Of a DNA stretch of 64,000 nucleotides, positions 38,561 through 48,244 are shown in pieces (position 1 is the stretch's first letter; each line of letters opens with the position of its first letter). A program made the position numbers and the translations under genes. The notes under the pieces were generated by a model that made no database searches, was not told the origin of the DNA, and worked only from the letters and a program-made list of their open reading frames with translations. Source of the DNA: Candidatus Zhuqueibacterota bacterium (GTDB taxonomy: Bacteria > Zhuqueibacterota > Zhuqueibacteria > Oceanimicrobiales > Oceanimicrobiaceae); the NCBI GenBank assembly GCA_029261995.1, contig JAJDAF010000010.1, positions 196,767 through 260,766 on the forward strand, in the 5' to 3' direction.

Positions 38561-39808
38561 ATGCGATTTGCGCAACGCAACATAATCACCCTGAACACGG
38601 TTTTCCTGACCACGCTCATACTCGCTGCTTGGGCCGGACGTGGCGTCGCCCAGGAGATTCCGGAGTCGGTGCTGGACATCTTCGATGAAAGCTGTGCGTT
38701 CTCTGGCTGTCATGCCGGTCCGAATTCCCCGAATGGCCTGGATTTGACGGAAGATTTTGCCTTGGCGTCGCTCGTAAACCGGCCGAGCCGCGACTTCGGA
38801 AACGAAATCTTAAGAGTGCAGCCGCGGAACCCGGCGCGTAGCTATCTCATAATGAAAATAAAAGACGACCCGGCTATCAAAGGCGGAAGTATGCCGCAAA
38901 ATGGCAAGCCCTTGCCATCGTCTCAAGTCAAAATTCTGGAAGATTGGATCAATTCACTACCGGCTGATTTGAAAGCAAAGTCGCCGGCGCGAGAATACGC
39001 CGAAGCGTTTGCCGGCGTGTCGCTCTCGACCCTGCCGACGACACAGACGCTCGAGAAAGGCTTTTTTGCCTACCGGATTTCACACAGATGGCGCGGCAAT
39101 GTCAAGAGCGGCTTCGCCAATTTCTACGGCCTCGATGGCGGCGCGAGCATCTTTACGGAATTGCTATTTGCTTTGAACAACGATTTGAGCGCGTCGGTTG
39201 GGCGTGCGAATCAGGATGCAACATTTGAGTTTGCCGGCAAGTGGCGATTCCTGAAGGAAAAGTCGAGTGGCGGCACGCCGATTTCGGCCGCACTCGTGGC
39301 TGGGCTCGACTGGAACACACGCAAGAATCCCATCGGCGTCACCGGACCGCTGGACCGTACGGACAGCGAACGATTTCATTGGTTTGCGCAAGTGCCTCTG
39401 TCAAAACAGGTGCACGATAAGTTTTCCATTCTGTTTGTTCCGGGCGTGCTCCTCAACGGCAATGTGCAACTGGATGATGAAGATGCTATCGTCACTCTCG
39501 GCTTCGGCGCCAGGCTTCACTTTGGGTCGGATTTCTCCCTGTTTGTGGAAGGCGTTCCCATCGTTGCCGGCTCAGACGGAGCCGCTGTAGTCGGAGGCCC
39601 TCGACCTGAAAGGGGGGACCGGGTGTTTAACGACGGCTTCACCGTGGGCCTCGAGAAGCGCGTCGGCGGTCATGTTTTTCATGTTTACCTGACTAACTCG
39701 CTAGGGTTGGCCACCAGCCACTCCATGAGCGGCGCTGACTTTGATTTCACCGAGCGCGATCTGCGATTGGGTTTTAACATTTACAGGACCCTGCGTTTGC
39801 CGTTCTAG
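38561..39808 (+). CDS. Outer-membrane DUF5777-like beta-barrel with N-terminal CX4CH cytochrome c domain
   Basis: RBS AAGGAG, signal peptide; CAFSGCH...SYL..K...MP...WI heme domain; barrel motifs PTTQTLEKG..ISHR, GLDGG, GHVF, GFNIYR; terminal Phe. Confidence 0.8.
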   Translation: MRFAQRNIITLNTVFLTTLILAAWAGRGVAQEIPESVLDIFDESCAFSGCHAGPNSPNGLDLTEDFALASLVNRPSRDFGNEILRVQPRNPARSYLIMKIKDDPAIKGGSMPQNGKPLPSSQVKILEDWINSLPADLKAKSPAREYAEAFAGVSLSTLPTTQTLEKGFFAYRISHRWRGNVKSGFANFYGLDGGASIFTELLFALNNDLSASVGRANQDATFEFAGKWRFLKEKSSGGTPISAALVAGLDWNTRKNPIGVTGPLDRTDSERFHWFAQVPLSKQVHDKFSILFVPGVLLNGNVQLDDEDAIVTLGFGARLHFGSDFSLFVEGVPIVAGSDGAAVVGGPRPERGDRVFNDGFTVGLEKRVGGHVFHVYLTNSLGLATSHSMSGADFDFTERDLRLGFNIYRTLRLPF

Positions 39809-39888
39809 TCGGGAACATTCCACGCAACTAAAGTGTTGAGCAGGTCGCGGTCAACATGTGAGTACAGATTTTATGGAGATTCAGGGAC

Positions 39889-40305
39889 ATGAGGCACACT
39901 GCTTTCTTGAGCACGATTATTCTCGCCGTCAGTTTGATCGCGGCATGTGAGCACAGCAAGACGCTGGCCCCCGAGGCCGCTGAACCAACACTTTCCAACA
40001 TTCAGAATACCATTTTCAGTCAAAAATGTGCCACTTCGGGGTGCCATGTACCCGGCGGCAACGGCCCGATGCCGATGCGTACGAGCCAGGAATCGTTTTC
40101 CAATCTAGTGGGCGTGCCCGCAAGCCAAAGTACCGGCCTGAACCGGGTGACCTCGGGAGATCCCGACAACAGTTATCTGCTACAGAAGCTGGAAGGCGCG
40201 CCGGGCATTCAGGGCGAACGGATGCCTCTTGGCGGCGCGGCCCTCGCCGGTGAACAGATCGAGTTGATTCGCGACTGGATTTCGACCGGAGCTGCGAACA
40301 ATTAG
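39889..40305 (+). CDS. Monoheme cytochrome c lipoprotein with CX4CH motif
   Basis: Lipobox LIAAC; CATSGCH, SYLLQKL, RMP (candidate Met ligand), DWI; paralogous to the N-domain of the upstream gene. Confidence 0.82.
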   Translation: MRHTAFLSTIILAVSLIAACEHSKTLAPEAAEPTLSNIQNTIFSQKCATSGCHVPGGNGPMPMRTSQESFSNLVGVPASQSTGLNRVTSGDPDNSYLLQKLEGAPGIQGERMPLGGAALAGEQIELIRDWISTGAANN

Positions 40306-40353
40306 CCAGAATTACCAAGGTTCGAATAACAAAGAAAACTTGCGGAGGTTAAT

Positions 40354-40986
40354 ATGAAGAAGATGATTTTACTGATCGCGGCAGGCGCTGCATCACTCAT
40401 GTTTCTGGCCATTCAGGAGTCAAAACTGCCGGCAAAAACCAGCAATCTGCGTTTGACTCAAATCGCCGGCCTTGAGCTGTTTGAACTCAAGGGCTGCACC
40501 GCATGCCACACGCTTGCGGGCAAAGCAGAAGTAACGCGTACACCGGTTGCAAACAATCGAGATGATGTCTGGTTCAGCGACCACGTTGGGTCCGAGTCCG
40601 AACTTGTGCTCGGCCAGGCCAAAAAGAAACGCAAGAAAAAGAAGCTACTCAAGAAGGAAGTTGCAGCGCTCAATGATTTCCTGTTCGAGTCAGACAGTGC
40701 CGCCAAGAAGCAGATTTTCGGACTCGCAGCAAACCTCAGAAATGGCGCCTACCTGGCCTACCAAAATAACTGCATCGGCTGCCACAGGATCGCCGGTGGA
40801 GGGAAGGAAACCGCGCCCGATTTGACTTTTGCGGCTGACAAGAAAAGCGACCGGAGCTGGCATATCAAAAATCTCAAAAACCCGCAGCAGTTTTCCGCCG
40901 AATCCGTGATGCCGGCGTTTGATGAAAAACTGTCGGATGAGCAGCTTGGGCAGATTGCGGACTACCTGCTGACGCTCAGGAAGTAG
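40354..40986 (+). CDS. Exported diheme cytochrome c
   Basis: Signal/anchor sequence; CTACH and CIGCH; PDL...P...SVMPAF; internal KKKRKKKK tract. Confidence 0.88.
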   Translation: MKKMILLIAAGAASLMFLAIQESKLPAKTSNLRLTQIAGLELFELKGCTACHTLAGKAEVTRTPVANNRDDVWFSDHVGSESELVLGQAKKKRKKKKLLKKEVAALNDFLFESDSAAKKQIFGLAANLRNGAYLAYQNNCIGCHRIAGGGKETAPDLTFAADKKSDRSWHIKNLKNPQQFSAESVMPAFDEKLSDEQLGQIADYLLTLRK

Positions 40987-41213
40987 GAAATCTAAACTGG
41001 CATTTGCAACTGGACCAATGAGCGCACTGATGACCAGCTCTTCGATTCCATTTCCGGCGGCTCAGGCAAATGTCAAAGTTTAGAAAAAAACTTCCGCCGG
41101 ACGAAATAAACGCGGCGGTCAGGTTTGTTCGCAGATTTAGAGAAAGATGGACGAAGTTCCGACACTCGGAAGTGACACAACTTTTTTTCTTGACTCATCG
41201 ACCAGGAATTTGA

Positions 41214-41714
41214 TTGCAGATATTCGACAAACAGTCTGACACGGCTGTTCCGCGCAGGCGCTTCTTGAAGGTGGGAATTGCCGCGTTGAACGGTTTTATT
41301 GCTTTTGCACTTGCGATTCCTGGACTCGGCTACTTGCTGACACCAGTTTTGCGGCGTTCGGATGGCGCCTGGATTCCTCTGGGGAATGCCTCGAGTTTGC
41401 AGAGTGCTGAGCCCCGCAAAGCCAGCTTCAAATACACCACCACGGAAGGCTACTCGCGCAACGAGAAAAACGGATTCGCATGGGTCGTCACGGACACCGA
41501 AGAAGCCTCGGGTATTTCGGCTTTTTCGGCAGTTTGTTCCCACACGGGCTGCAATGTCACGTGGCAGTCAAGAGAAAACCATTTCGTTTGTCCCTGTCAT
41601 GACGGACGGTACGACAGACGCGGCGCCGTGGTCTCAGGGCCGCCGCCGCGACCGTTGAGCAAGCTGGCCTTGAAGATGGAGAATGGCCAGGTGTTTGTGC
41701 GTTTGCCGTCGTGA
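41214..41714 (+). CDS. Rieske 2Fe-2S subunit of a Rieske/cytochrome b complex (QcrA/PetA-like)
   Basis: Tat motif RRRFLK, TM, CSHTGC and CPCHDGRY, GPPPRPL. Confidence 0.93.
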   Translation: MQIFDKQSDTAVPRRRFLKVGIAALNGFIAFALAIPGLGYLLTPVLRRSDGAWIPLGNASSLQSAEPRKASFKYTTTEGYSRNEKNGFAWVVTDTEEASGISAFSAVCSHTGCNVTWQSRENHFVCPCHDGRYDRRGAVVSGPPPRPLSKLALKMENGQVFVRLPS

Positions 41715-41768
41715 TGGTGCTAAAGATAGAAGACGTCCTGCGAACTCATAACTGACAAATGACCTGAG

Positions 41769-43430
41769 ATGGAGCCCAATAAAAAAGGATTGTTGCAAGC
41801 GTTCAATCGTTTCCTGAAGGAGCCGATGCCAAAGGGTGTGAATTGGCCGAACGCGCTTGGATCCTGCTTGCTGGCGCTGGTGGTGGTTCAGGTAATCACG
41901 GGAATCCTTCTCTCTCTTTACTACTCCCCAAATGCGGATGTCGCCCATGACAGCGTGCGCTTTATCGAGCAGCAGGTTGTGTTTGGCAGTCTGATTCGCG
42001 GCATCCACTATTTTTCCGCCAGCGCGATGATGGTGGTCATCTTTCTACACCTCGCCCGCACATTTTTTTCCGGGGCATACAAACCGCCGCGCCAGTGGAC
42101 TTGGATTTTCGGCGTGGCTCTGTTGCTGGTGGTGGTCGGTTTTGCCTTTACCGGTTACCTGTTGCCCTGGGACATGAAAGCCTATTTCGCAACCAAAGTC
42201 GGGCTCAACATCGCCGGGATGACGCCGATAGTTGGCGACAGTCTGAAGCGAATCTTGCAGGGCGGCAGCGAGTTGGGCATGCTGACGCTGTCACGCTTTT
42301 TCGCCTTGCACGTGGTCGTTTTGCCGCTGTCTCTCGTTCTATTGATTGCCTTGCACATCACTTACATCAGGATGCACGGTCCAACGCCGCTGGGTCGTGG
42401 GGGCGAGCCAGGCCAAGTTTCCGGTACCTTTTTTCCACAGCAACTTTTCCGAGATTCGGTGGTGGCGGCTGGCGTGATTGGCCTAATATTCGTGCTGGCT
42501 CTCAAGTTTGGCGCGCCATTAGAGGCGCCGGCGGATCCCAACGACACCAGCTACATTCCTCGTCCGGATTGGTATTTCTATGGCGCGTTTCAGCTTTTGA
42601 AATTGTTTGAAGGGCGATTCGAAGTGGTTGGCGCCATCGTTTTGCCCGGGCTGTTTCTGGCTGTCATGGTGTTGCTTCCATTCCTTGATCGCAGCCCCGG
42701 CAGATCCCTCAAAGACCGCCCGGCTGTGGCCTCGATTGGAGCCATTGCCTTGTTGTCAATCGTCATTCTGACCGCGGTTGGGGCCTACACCGGCGAGAAA
42801 CAAAAGGAGAGCCTGACCTCCGACCGGTCAGTCGTCGATGTTGAAGGCGAGATCGAAGAGACTTTTGTGGTCGATCCGGCCATTGGCAAGCAGCTTTACG
42901 ATGGGCTGAAGTGTGCTGAATGTCATGCCCTGGCCTCGGAAGGCGTTAACAATCCGCCGGGCCTGGAGTTTTCGGGAAACAAGTACCGGCAGTCCTGGCT
43001 GGTGGCCTATTTGCAGCAACCGCACCGCGTACGCTGGCAGGGCAAGAACCGGCGTCCGGTTGCGCGCATGCCCAATTTCGATCTCACGGATCGGGAAGCC
43101 CTCAATCTCTCAGTCTACCTGCTCGAACTGCGGCGGGATAACAAATTCCCCGAACCTGAATTTGACTGGGCGGAAGCGGACAGCGAAATGGTAGATTCCG
43201 GAAAAGAGCTGACCGTAGATTACGGCTGCATGGGCTGCCACCGCATCGGGGACGAAGGCCAGAACGTCGCCCCGGAGTTGAGTCATGCGGGTAGCAAGTT
43301 GCGGGAAGCCTACCTGTTCAGCATCGTTCAAGAGCCAGACAAAGTCGTGCCCGGAACCTCGATGAAAAACTTTCAGCTCGAAGTTGAGGATATTGAGGAT
43401 ATCGTGGCATACTTGCGGCTCTTGGAGTAA
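41769..43430 (+). CDS. Cytochrome b + subunit IV fused to two c-type heme domains
   Basis: RGIH..H, FTGYLLPWD, RFFALH..H, Qo motif PDWY; CAECH and CMGCH. Confidence 0.93.
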   Translation: MEPNKKGLLQAFNRFLKEPMPKGVNWPNALGSCLLALVVVQVITGILLSLYYSPNADVAHDSVRFIEQQVVFGSLIRGIHYFSASAMMVVIFLHLARTFFSGAYKPPRQWTWIFGVALLLVVVGFAFTGYLLPWDMKAYFATKVGLNIAGMTPIVGDSLKRILQGGSELGMLTLSRFFALHVVVLPLSLVLLIALHITYIRMHGPTPLGRGGEPGQVSGTFFPQQLFRDSVVAAGVIGLIFVLALKFGAPLEAPADPNDTSYIPRPDWYFYGAFQLLKLFEGRFEVVGAIVLPGLFLAVMVLLPFLDRSPGRSLKDRPAVASIGAIALLSIVILTAVGAYTGEKQKESLTSDRSVVDVEGEIEETFVVDPAIGKQLYDGLKCAECHALASEGVNNPPGLEFSGNKYRQSWLVAYLQQPHRVRWQGKNRRPVARMPNFDLTDREALNLSVYLLELRRDNKFPEPEFDWAEADSEMVDSGKELTVDYGCMGCHRIGDEGQNVAPELSHAGSKLREAYLFSIVQEPDKVVPGTSMKNFQLEVEDIEDIVAYLRLLE

Positions 43431-43630
43431 GTCGGGCAGGCAGACTTCAGTTTGCGACTTAGAAAGGTCGCGTTAGGGCAGCCATTCAATATTCTCCATT
43501 CTCCTCTACACTAGACATGCGTGTAAAATGTAGCCTTTTCCCAAAGTCGTTGCTGAAATTCGTGCCGTGCCACGTTTTTCCTTTCCTTTTTCCGCACTTA
43601 TCCACATCTGCCGTATCTTAGACTAATGAC

Positions 43631-43834
43631 TGAGTAAATTCTACTCAGAGCGCTCAGATGTTCAAGCCATGATCCCGCTTTTGTTGCTATGAGTGTGGGA
43701 AAATGGTAAGGGTTTTGTATCGGCATGTCGGGCCGGCAAAGCTGGCTGTGCAATGTGAAGGGACTCTCCATCTGCATTATTCCAGGGGCTGCAGCCTGCC
43801 ACGGTTGATAGCCTGACCCGCGCTCTGAGCACTC
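43631..43834 (+). ncRNA. Candidate structured RNA (about 190-200 nt)
   Basis: Long-range stem CTCAGAGCGC(43644)/GCGCTCTGAG(43820) enclosing further hairpins; family and strand unverified. Confidence 0.3.
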
Positions 43835-43953
43835 ACGAACAAAATTTAGGGGAGTACCCACACATTTCACGAGCACTGCTGGTTTCAACTTGACATTTGA
43901 CCGGGGGAACTAAGCTACGTCTTGCTGTCATGCAGTGAGTTGAGGAGGTTCAT

Positions 43954-46900
43954 ATGCAGTATAAGCTACTAAGTTCTCTAGTTGTCCTGGTTATGTGCAT
44001 CGCGGCTTTTGGTCCCGCGGTTGCTCAACCTGCCAAGACGCCGCCCGTTGTTACCGGTCCGCAAACACTCTCAGGTTTCGGGGGCAACGCCGGCCTTTAC
44101 GAATTTTTGACCCAGGGAGAGACGGCGCGAGGCGACATCGGTGGCATCTCCACCGCTGAAGATTATTGGGTTTACATCGTCGGAATCGATGCCAGTGGCG
44201 TCACAGGACCCGACGGGCGTCAGATTCAATTCAATTTGCAGAATACGATTCAGGGCGAGACCGAACACCTTGGCATCAGTTTCTCGCTGGACAATCCTGA
44301 CATTGGCGGGTTTGACCTGCTGGAGTGCTACCAATCCAACGGCGGCGGATTGCTGACCCATGGCCTGGTGAGTGCTTCCCTCGATGTCACGGTTTTTGAC
44401 TTGCGTTTCAACTTCTCCAAAGACAACGCGGAAGACGGTTGGACCGTCACACCCTACTATCGCCTGTCGGGCGGTAGTTGGACCCCCTTCTCTGGTGGCT
44501 CGTTCACCGGCAACCCTGCCTTTGATTTCGACGAAGCCAAACTGACTGTCTTCTTTACGAATTCCATCGCAAATTCCGACGCCGCGGACGGCCAGGTCGT
44601 GTTCGACAACTTCTTTGTGCTCGGGCCAATTCCAGAGCCGATCACGGTCGTTTATGTTGATGATGCCTGGCAGGGTCTCGCACCGGGTGACGCAGTGCAA
44701 TTTCCCGGGGAGGACGACGTTCGGGTTATGGGGGTGAATGCATTCGCTACGATTCAGGAAGGCATCGATTCCTTTATCCAGATGCCGCCGGCAGCTCTCA
44801 GGGAAGACAGACTTTTGCCGCAGGCGGAAGCTGTTGAAGAAATCACGGTACTCGACTTAAATGTTGCGCCTGGAACCTACCAGGAAAATGTGGTCATTCC
44901 CTTTCCAGCACGGCTTCTCGGCTCTGGTAGCGGCAGCGACCCGCTGCAAGACACGATCATTGAGGCCGACCCTCAGAATACCGGATTTCCTGTCATCGAT
45001 ATTGCTGGTTTTGCGCCCGGCGGTGTTTCAGTTAATTCCCGCCTGGAGATTAGAGATCTCAGAGTCACTGGTGCGGTTGGCTCTGGAGATGCACCCAGCG
45101 GCATCTCCATCACCGCCGATGGATTTTTCGATGTCGCGGCCCAAGGCGCGTTGCAGGCCAGTGCCGCCGCCGGCGTATCGGTAATTCAATTCATGACGTT
45201 CAACAACGTCACCGCGGTCGATAATTCGGGCCACGGGATTGCTGTGAATTCTGACGGAATCGTGAGTGACCTACGCGTGGTCAATTGCGAGGTCTCGAAT
45301 AACAGCAACCACGGCATTTTCATCTCCTCCAGCATTGCATCATTCGACAGCCTGATTGTCGATAGCTGCACCATCGAGGACAACGGCATCACCGGAATTA
45401 CCTCAGGGCCGCAGGGTTCTCAGAATGTGGACAACATCCATATCAGTAATTCGACGCTTTCCAGAAATGGCGATGCACTCAGTCCTTCCGGTAGCGGTTC
45501 CGGCGATATCAGCCTGTTCGACTTTAACAGTGACGCTTCAATCACCAACGTTGATGTAACGGGGAACGGCGCGCACATCGGCATCCAGATTCGCGGTGTC
45601 GATAACGCAGGCACTTCTCCGGCGGGCAATGTCCAACTTGACGATGTCACCATTTCCGGGCAGTACCAGCATCCCAATACCTGGGTCGGCTCCGGACTTT
45701 TTATCGCCAACTTCAGTTCACTAAGCAGTGTCGGCCTGAACAATGTTCAGATCGATGTTTCGCCCGTGTCGCCCTCGAAGGATGTCATCAACCTTTATAA
45801 TGATAATATCGATGGCAGCCTGGACATTGGCAATATGCAACTGGGCGGCAATGCTGACCTGGATATTTTGAACAGCGCACCCGCTTCCGTGGATGCCAAC
45901 GATGCGGTGTTCACCAACGCGGCAGACAATTTCGAAATCGAGGACCGCATCTTCCATGGTCTCGATGACAATAGCGTCGGCTTGGTGCGCTGGACGGGCA
46001 ATCAGATTTATCTCACCGCGACAACTTTTTCAGCGCCGGATACCGCGGTAGTTCTCGACAATATCCTTTCTGTTGTGGATAACGGTGACACGCTGAACTT
46101 CGGCGCCGGCAATTACTACACAACTGCCGGGGCGGTGATCAGCAAGAGCCTGACCTTCTTCGGCGGCGCAGGCGTGATTTGCCGGCCACTTGGGGCCACG
46201 TCTGGCGCCTGGGTTACGGTGGATACACTTGTGACTCTGAATCTTGATAGCATCATCTTTGATGGTGCCGGGTACGACATCGGCATCGGCTGCCTGGTGA
46301 GAGGTCGCGGTTATTGCCGTAACCTGACCTTCAGGAACATAGTGGACGACAACGGCGGCGGCATTGCCCTGTGGCTACGCGGCGACCAGCCTGTTGAAGT
46401 TTCCGGCACCACCTTCAGCAATATTGGCGGCCTGTCCCCAGGTGGGTCGATCGCCTACGGCGCCTGCTTCACGGGAACTGGAGTTGTGGGGTCCACCTAT
46501 CGTGGTAACACCTACGTTGGCCGCGGTGCGGGAGCATGGGTTGAATATGGCCTGTTTCTCGATGCAGGTGCGCAGGTGAACATTGTCAGCAACACCTTTT
46601 ACAACCTGCTCGGTTTCACGAGTGTCGAGGGTGTCGTCGGGTCAGCCGGGATTTGCGTGGTTACCAATGGCGGTGGCGGCACATCTGCTTCCATCGACAG
46701 TAGCACAATCTACGACTGCTACAACGGAATCAAAGTTGGCGAATTCGATGGGGACCAGAGCTTCGCGATTATCAGGGATACGGAAATCTACCAGAGCACC
46801 GTTGGCCTTTGTATTGGCGGCGCGTTGTTTGTGAAGGCTGAGGACAACGACATCCACGGCAATGGCACCGGCGTTGTGGTGCGAAATGCCACGGTCTTTG

Positions 46901-48204
46901 ATCTCGACCGCGATCGCATCCAGGATAACGACGACGGCATCATTGTTGAAAATTCGTTTGGCGAAATTGACGAGTGCATCATTTCCAATAATTCAAGTGT
47001 TGGCTTGAGCATCTCGGATGAGTCCAGCACCGGCGTGACCGTGCACCGCAATGAATTCTGCACCAGCGGCGAAATGGGCATGGAGAATCTGGGCCAAACC
47101 ACGGTTGACGCCACCACCAACTGGTGGGGGGACTTCAATGGTCCTGGTGACCAGGGACCCGGCAACGGTGACGGCGTTGGCGTTGGCGTTGACTACAGTA
47201 ACTTCGAAACCAGTAGCCTGTTTGTGGATTCTCCGTGTTCGGAGTTGGCGTTGTGTGAGAACGATGGGGATGTGAATAACTCAGGCAGTCTAACCGCTCT
47301 CGACGCATTAGCAGCTTTCTCTATAGGATTGAACGGAGGCACATTGCCAGCTGAATTTGACGAGCCGGGATTCGAATGTGAAGTCTTGGCTGCAGACGTC
47401 AACTGCAACGGCAGTGTTACTGCGTTAGATGCGCTTGATATCTTCGAACGAGCCTTAGCCCAGTTACCGCCCTCTGCTTGTTTTGCGGGACAGTTGAAGT
47501 TGGACAAAGTAGTGGGCTCGCCACGAATCTCCTTGCTGGCGGTGGAGAGCGGCGCAGAAGAGACTGACAAAATCCGGGTAGCACTGGCTGCCTCCAACTC
47601 GAGTGGGCTTCGTGCCTTCAGTACAACGCTGAAGTTTCCGGCAGAGAGAGTTGATTTTCTTCGCGTGGAGCGCTCTGAAATGACCTCGGATTGGGCTCAG
47701 CTCGATGGTAAGGTACAGAAGGCAGGTGAATTGACGGTCGCTGGATTCAATGTCGAATTTGAAGAATCCAGCGAGTCAACGATTCTCTTTACCTTGGTTT
47801 TCAAGAAGAAGGATGAAGTTGGCCCCATTGAGATTGAATTGACCGGTGCGTATGATGAGCTAGCTGGAGCCATTTGGGAAAGGACCGTGGTCGATGGGAA
47901 TGTAGCTACTCCTGAGGTGTTTGCACTGCGCCAGAATTACCCCAACCCCTTCAATCCTGAAACTCTGATTGAGTACGATATCCCCAGTATCAGCCACGAG
48001 AAGGTGCCAGTGCGACTGACCATCTACAATGTAAAAGGACAGATCGTTCGAACGTTAGTAGATGCACAGAGATCGGTTGGTGCTCACAAGGTTAAGTGGG
48101 ACGGCAGAAACGACCATGGTTTGCAGGTTCCGTCCGGAGCCTACTTCTACACCATCAAAGCCGGAGATTTTAAAGACACAAAACGAATGATGCTGGTGAA
48201 ATAA
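43954..48204 (+). CDS. Large secreted parallel beta-helix protein with dockerin, cohesin-like and C-terminal sorting domains
   Basis: RBS GAGGAGG, signal peptide; FATIQEGID..VAPGTYQE, PbH1-like repeats, DATTNWWG; dockerin GDVNNSGSLTALDA / ADVNCNGSVTALDA; CTD QNYPNPFNPET. Confidence 0.88.
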   Translation: MQYKLLSSLVVLVMCIAAFGPAVAQPAKTPPVVTGPQTLSGFGGNAGLYEFLTQGETARGDIGGISTAEDYWVYIVGIDASGVTGPDGRQIQFNLQNTIQGETEHLGISFSLDNPDIGGFDLLECYQSNGGGLLTHGLVSASLDVTVFDLRFNFSKDNAEDGWTVTPYYRLSGGSWTPFSGGSFTGNPAFDFDEAKLTVFFTNSIANSDAADGQVVFDNFFVLGPIPEPITVVYVDDAWQGLAPGDAVQFPGEDDVRVMGVNAFATIQEGIDSFIQMPPAALREDRLLPQAEAVEEITVLDLNVAPGTYQENVVIPFPARLLGSGSGSDPLQDTIIEADPQNTGFPVIDIAGFAPGGVSVNSRLEIRDLRVTGAVGSGDAPSGISITADGFFDVAAQGALQASAAAGVSVIQFMTFNNVTAVDNSGHGIAVNSDGIVSDLRVVNCEVSNNSNHGIFISSSIASFDSLIVDSCTIEDNGITGITSGPQGSQNVDNIHISNSTLSRNGDALSPSGSGSGDISLFDFNSDASITNVDVTGNGAHIGIQIRGVDNAGTSPAGNVQLDDVTISGQYQHPNTWVGSGLFIANFSSLSSVGLNNVQIDVSPVSPSKDVINLYNDNIDGSLDIGNMQLGGNADLDILNSAPASVDANDAVFTNAADNFEIEDRIFHGLDDNSVGLVRWTGNQIYLTATTFSAPDTAVVLDNILSVVDNGDTLNFGAGNYYTTAGAVISKSLTFFGGAGVICRPLGATSGAWVTVDTLVTLNLDSIIFDGAGYDIGIGCLVRGRGYCRNLTFRNIVDDNGGGIALWLRGDQPVEVSGTTFSNIGGLSPGGSIAYGACFTGTGVVGSTYRGNTYVGRGAGAWVEYGLFLDAGAQVNIVSNTFYNLLGFTSVEGVVGSAGICVVTNGGGGTSASIDSSTIYDCYNGIKVGEFDGDQSFAIIRDTEIYQSTVGLCIGGALFVKAEDNDIHGNGTGVVVRNATVFDLDRDRIQDNDDGIIVENSFGEIDECIISNNSSVGLSISDESSTGVTVHRNEFCTSGEMGMENLGQTTVDATTNWWGDFNGPGDQGPGNGDGVGVGVDYSNFETSSLFVDSPCSELALCENDGDVNNSGSLTALDALAAFSIGLNGGTLPAEFDEPGFECEVLAADVNCNGSVTALDALDIFERALAQLPPSACFAGQLKLDKVVGSPRISLLAVESGAEETDKIRVALAASNSSGLRAFSTTLKFPAERVDFLRVERSEMTSDWAQLDGKVQKAGELTVAGFNVEFEESSESTILFTLVFKKKDEVGPIEIELTGAYDELAGAIWERTVVDGNVATPEVFALRQNYPNPFNPETLIEYDIPSISHEKVPVRLTIYNVKGQIVRTLVDAQRSVGAHKVKWDGRNDHGLQVPSGAYFYTIKAGDFKDTKRMMLVK

Positions 48205-48244
48205 GGGCCAGCTTCATTCCTTGTTCAAAAAAGGAGATTTAGGT

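Noticed and set aside
43730..43820. GGCAAA...GATAGCC resembling a c-di-GMP-I riboswitch
   Set aside because: The GNRA-capped stem and the spacing of the conserved elements do not fit
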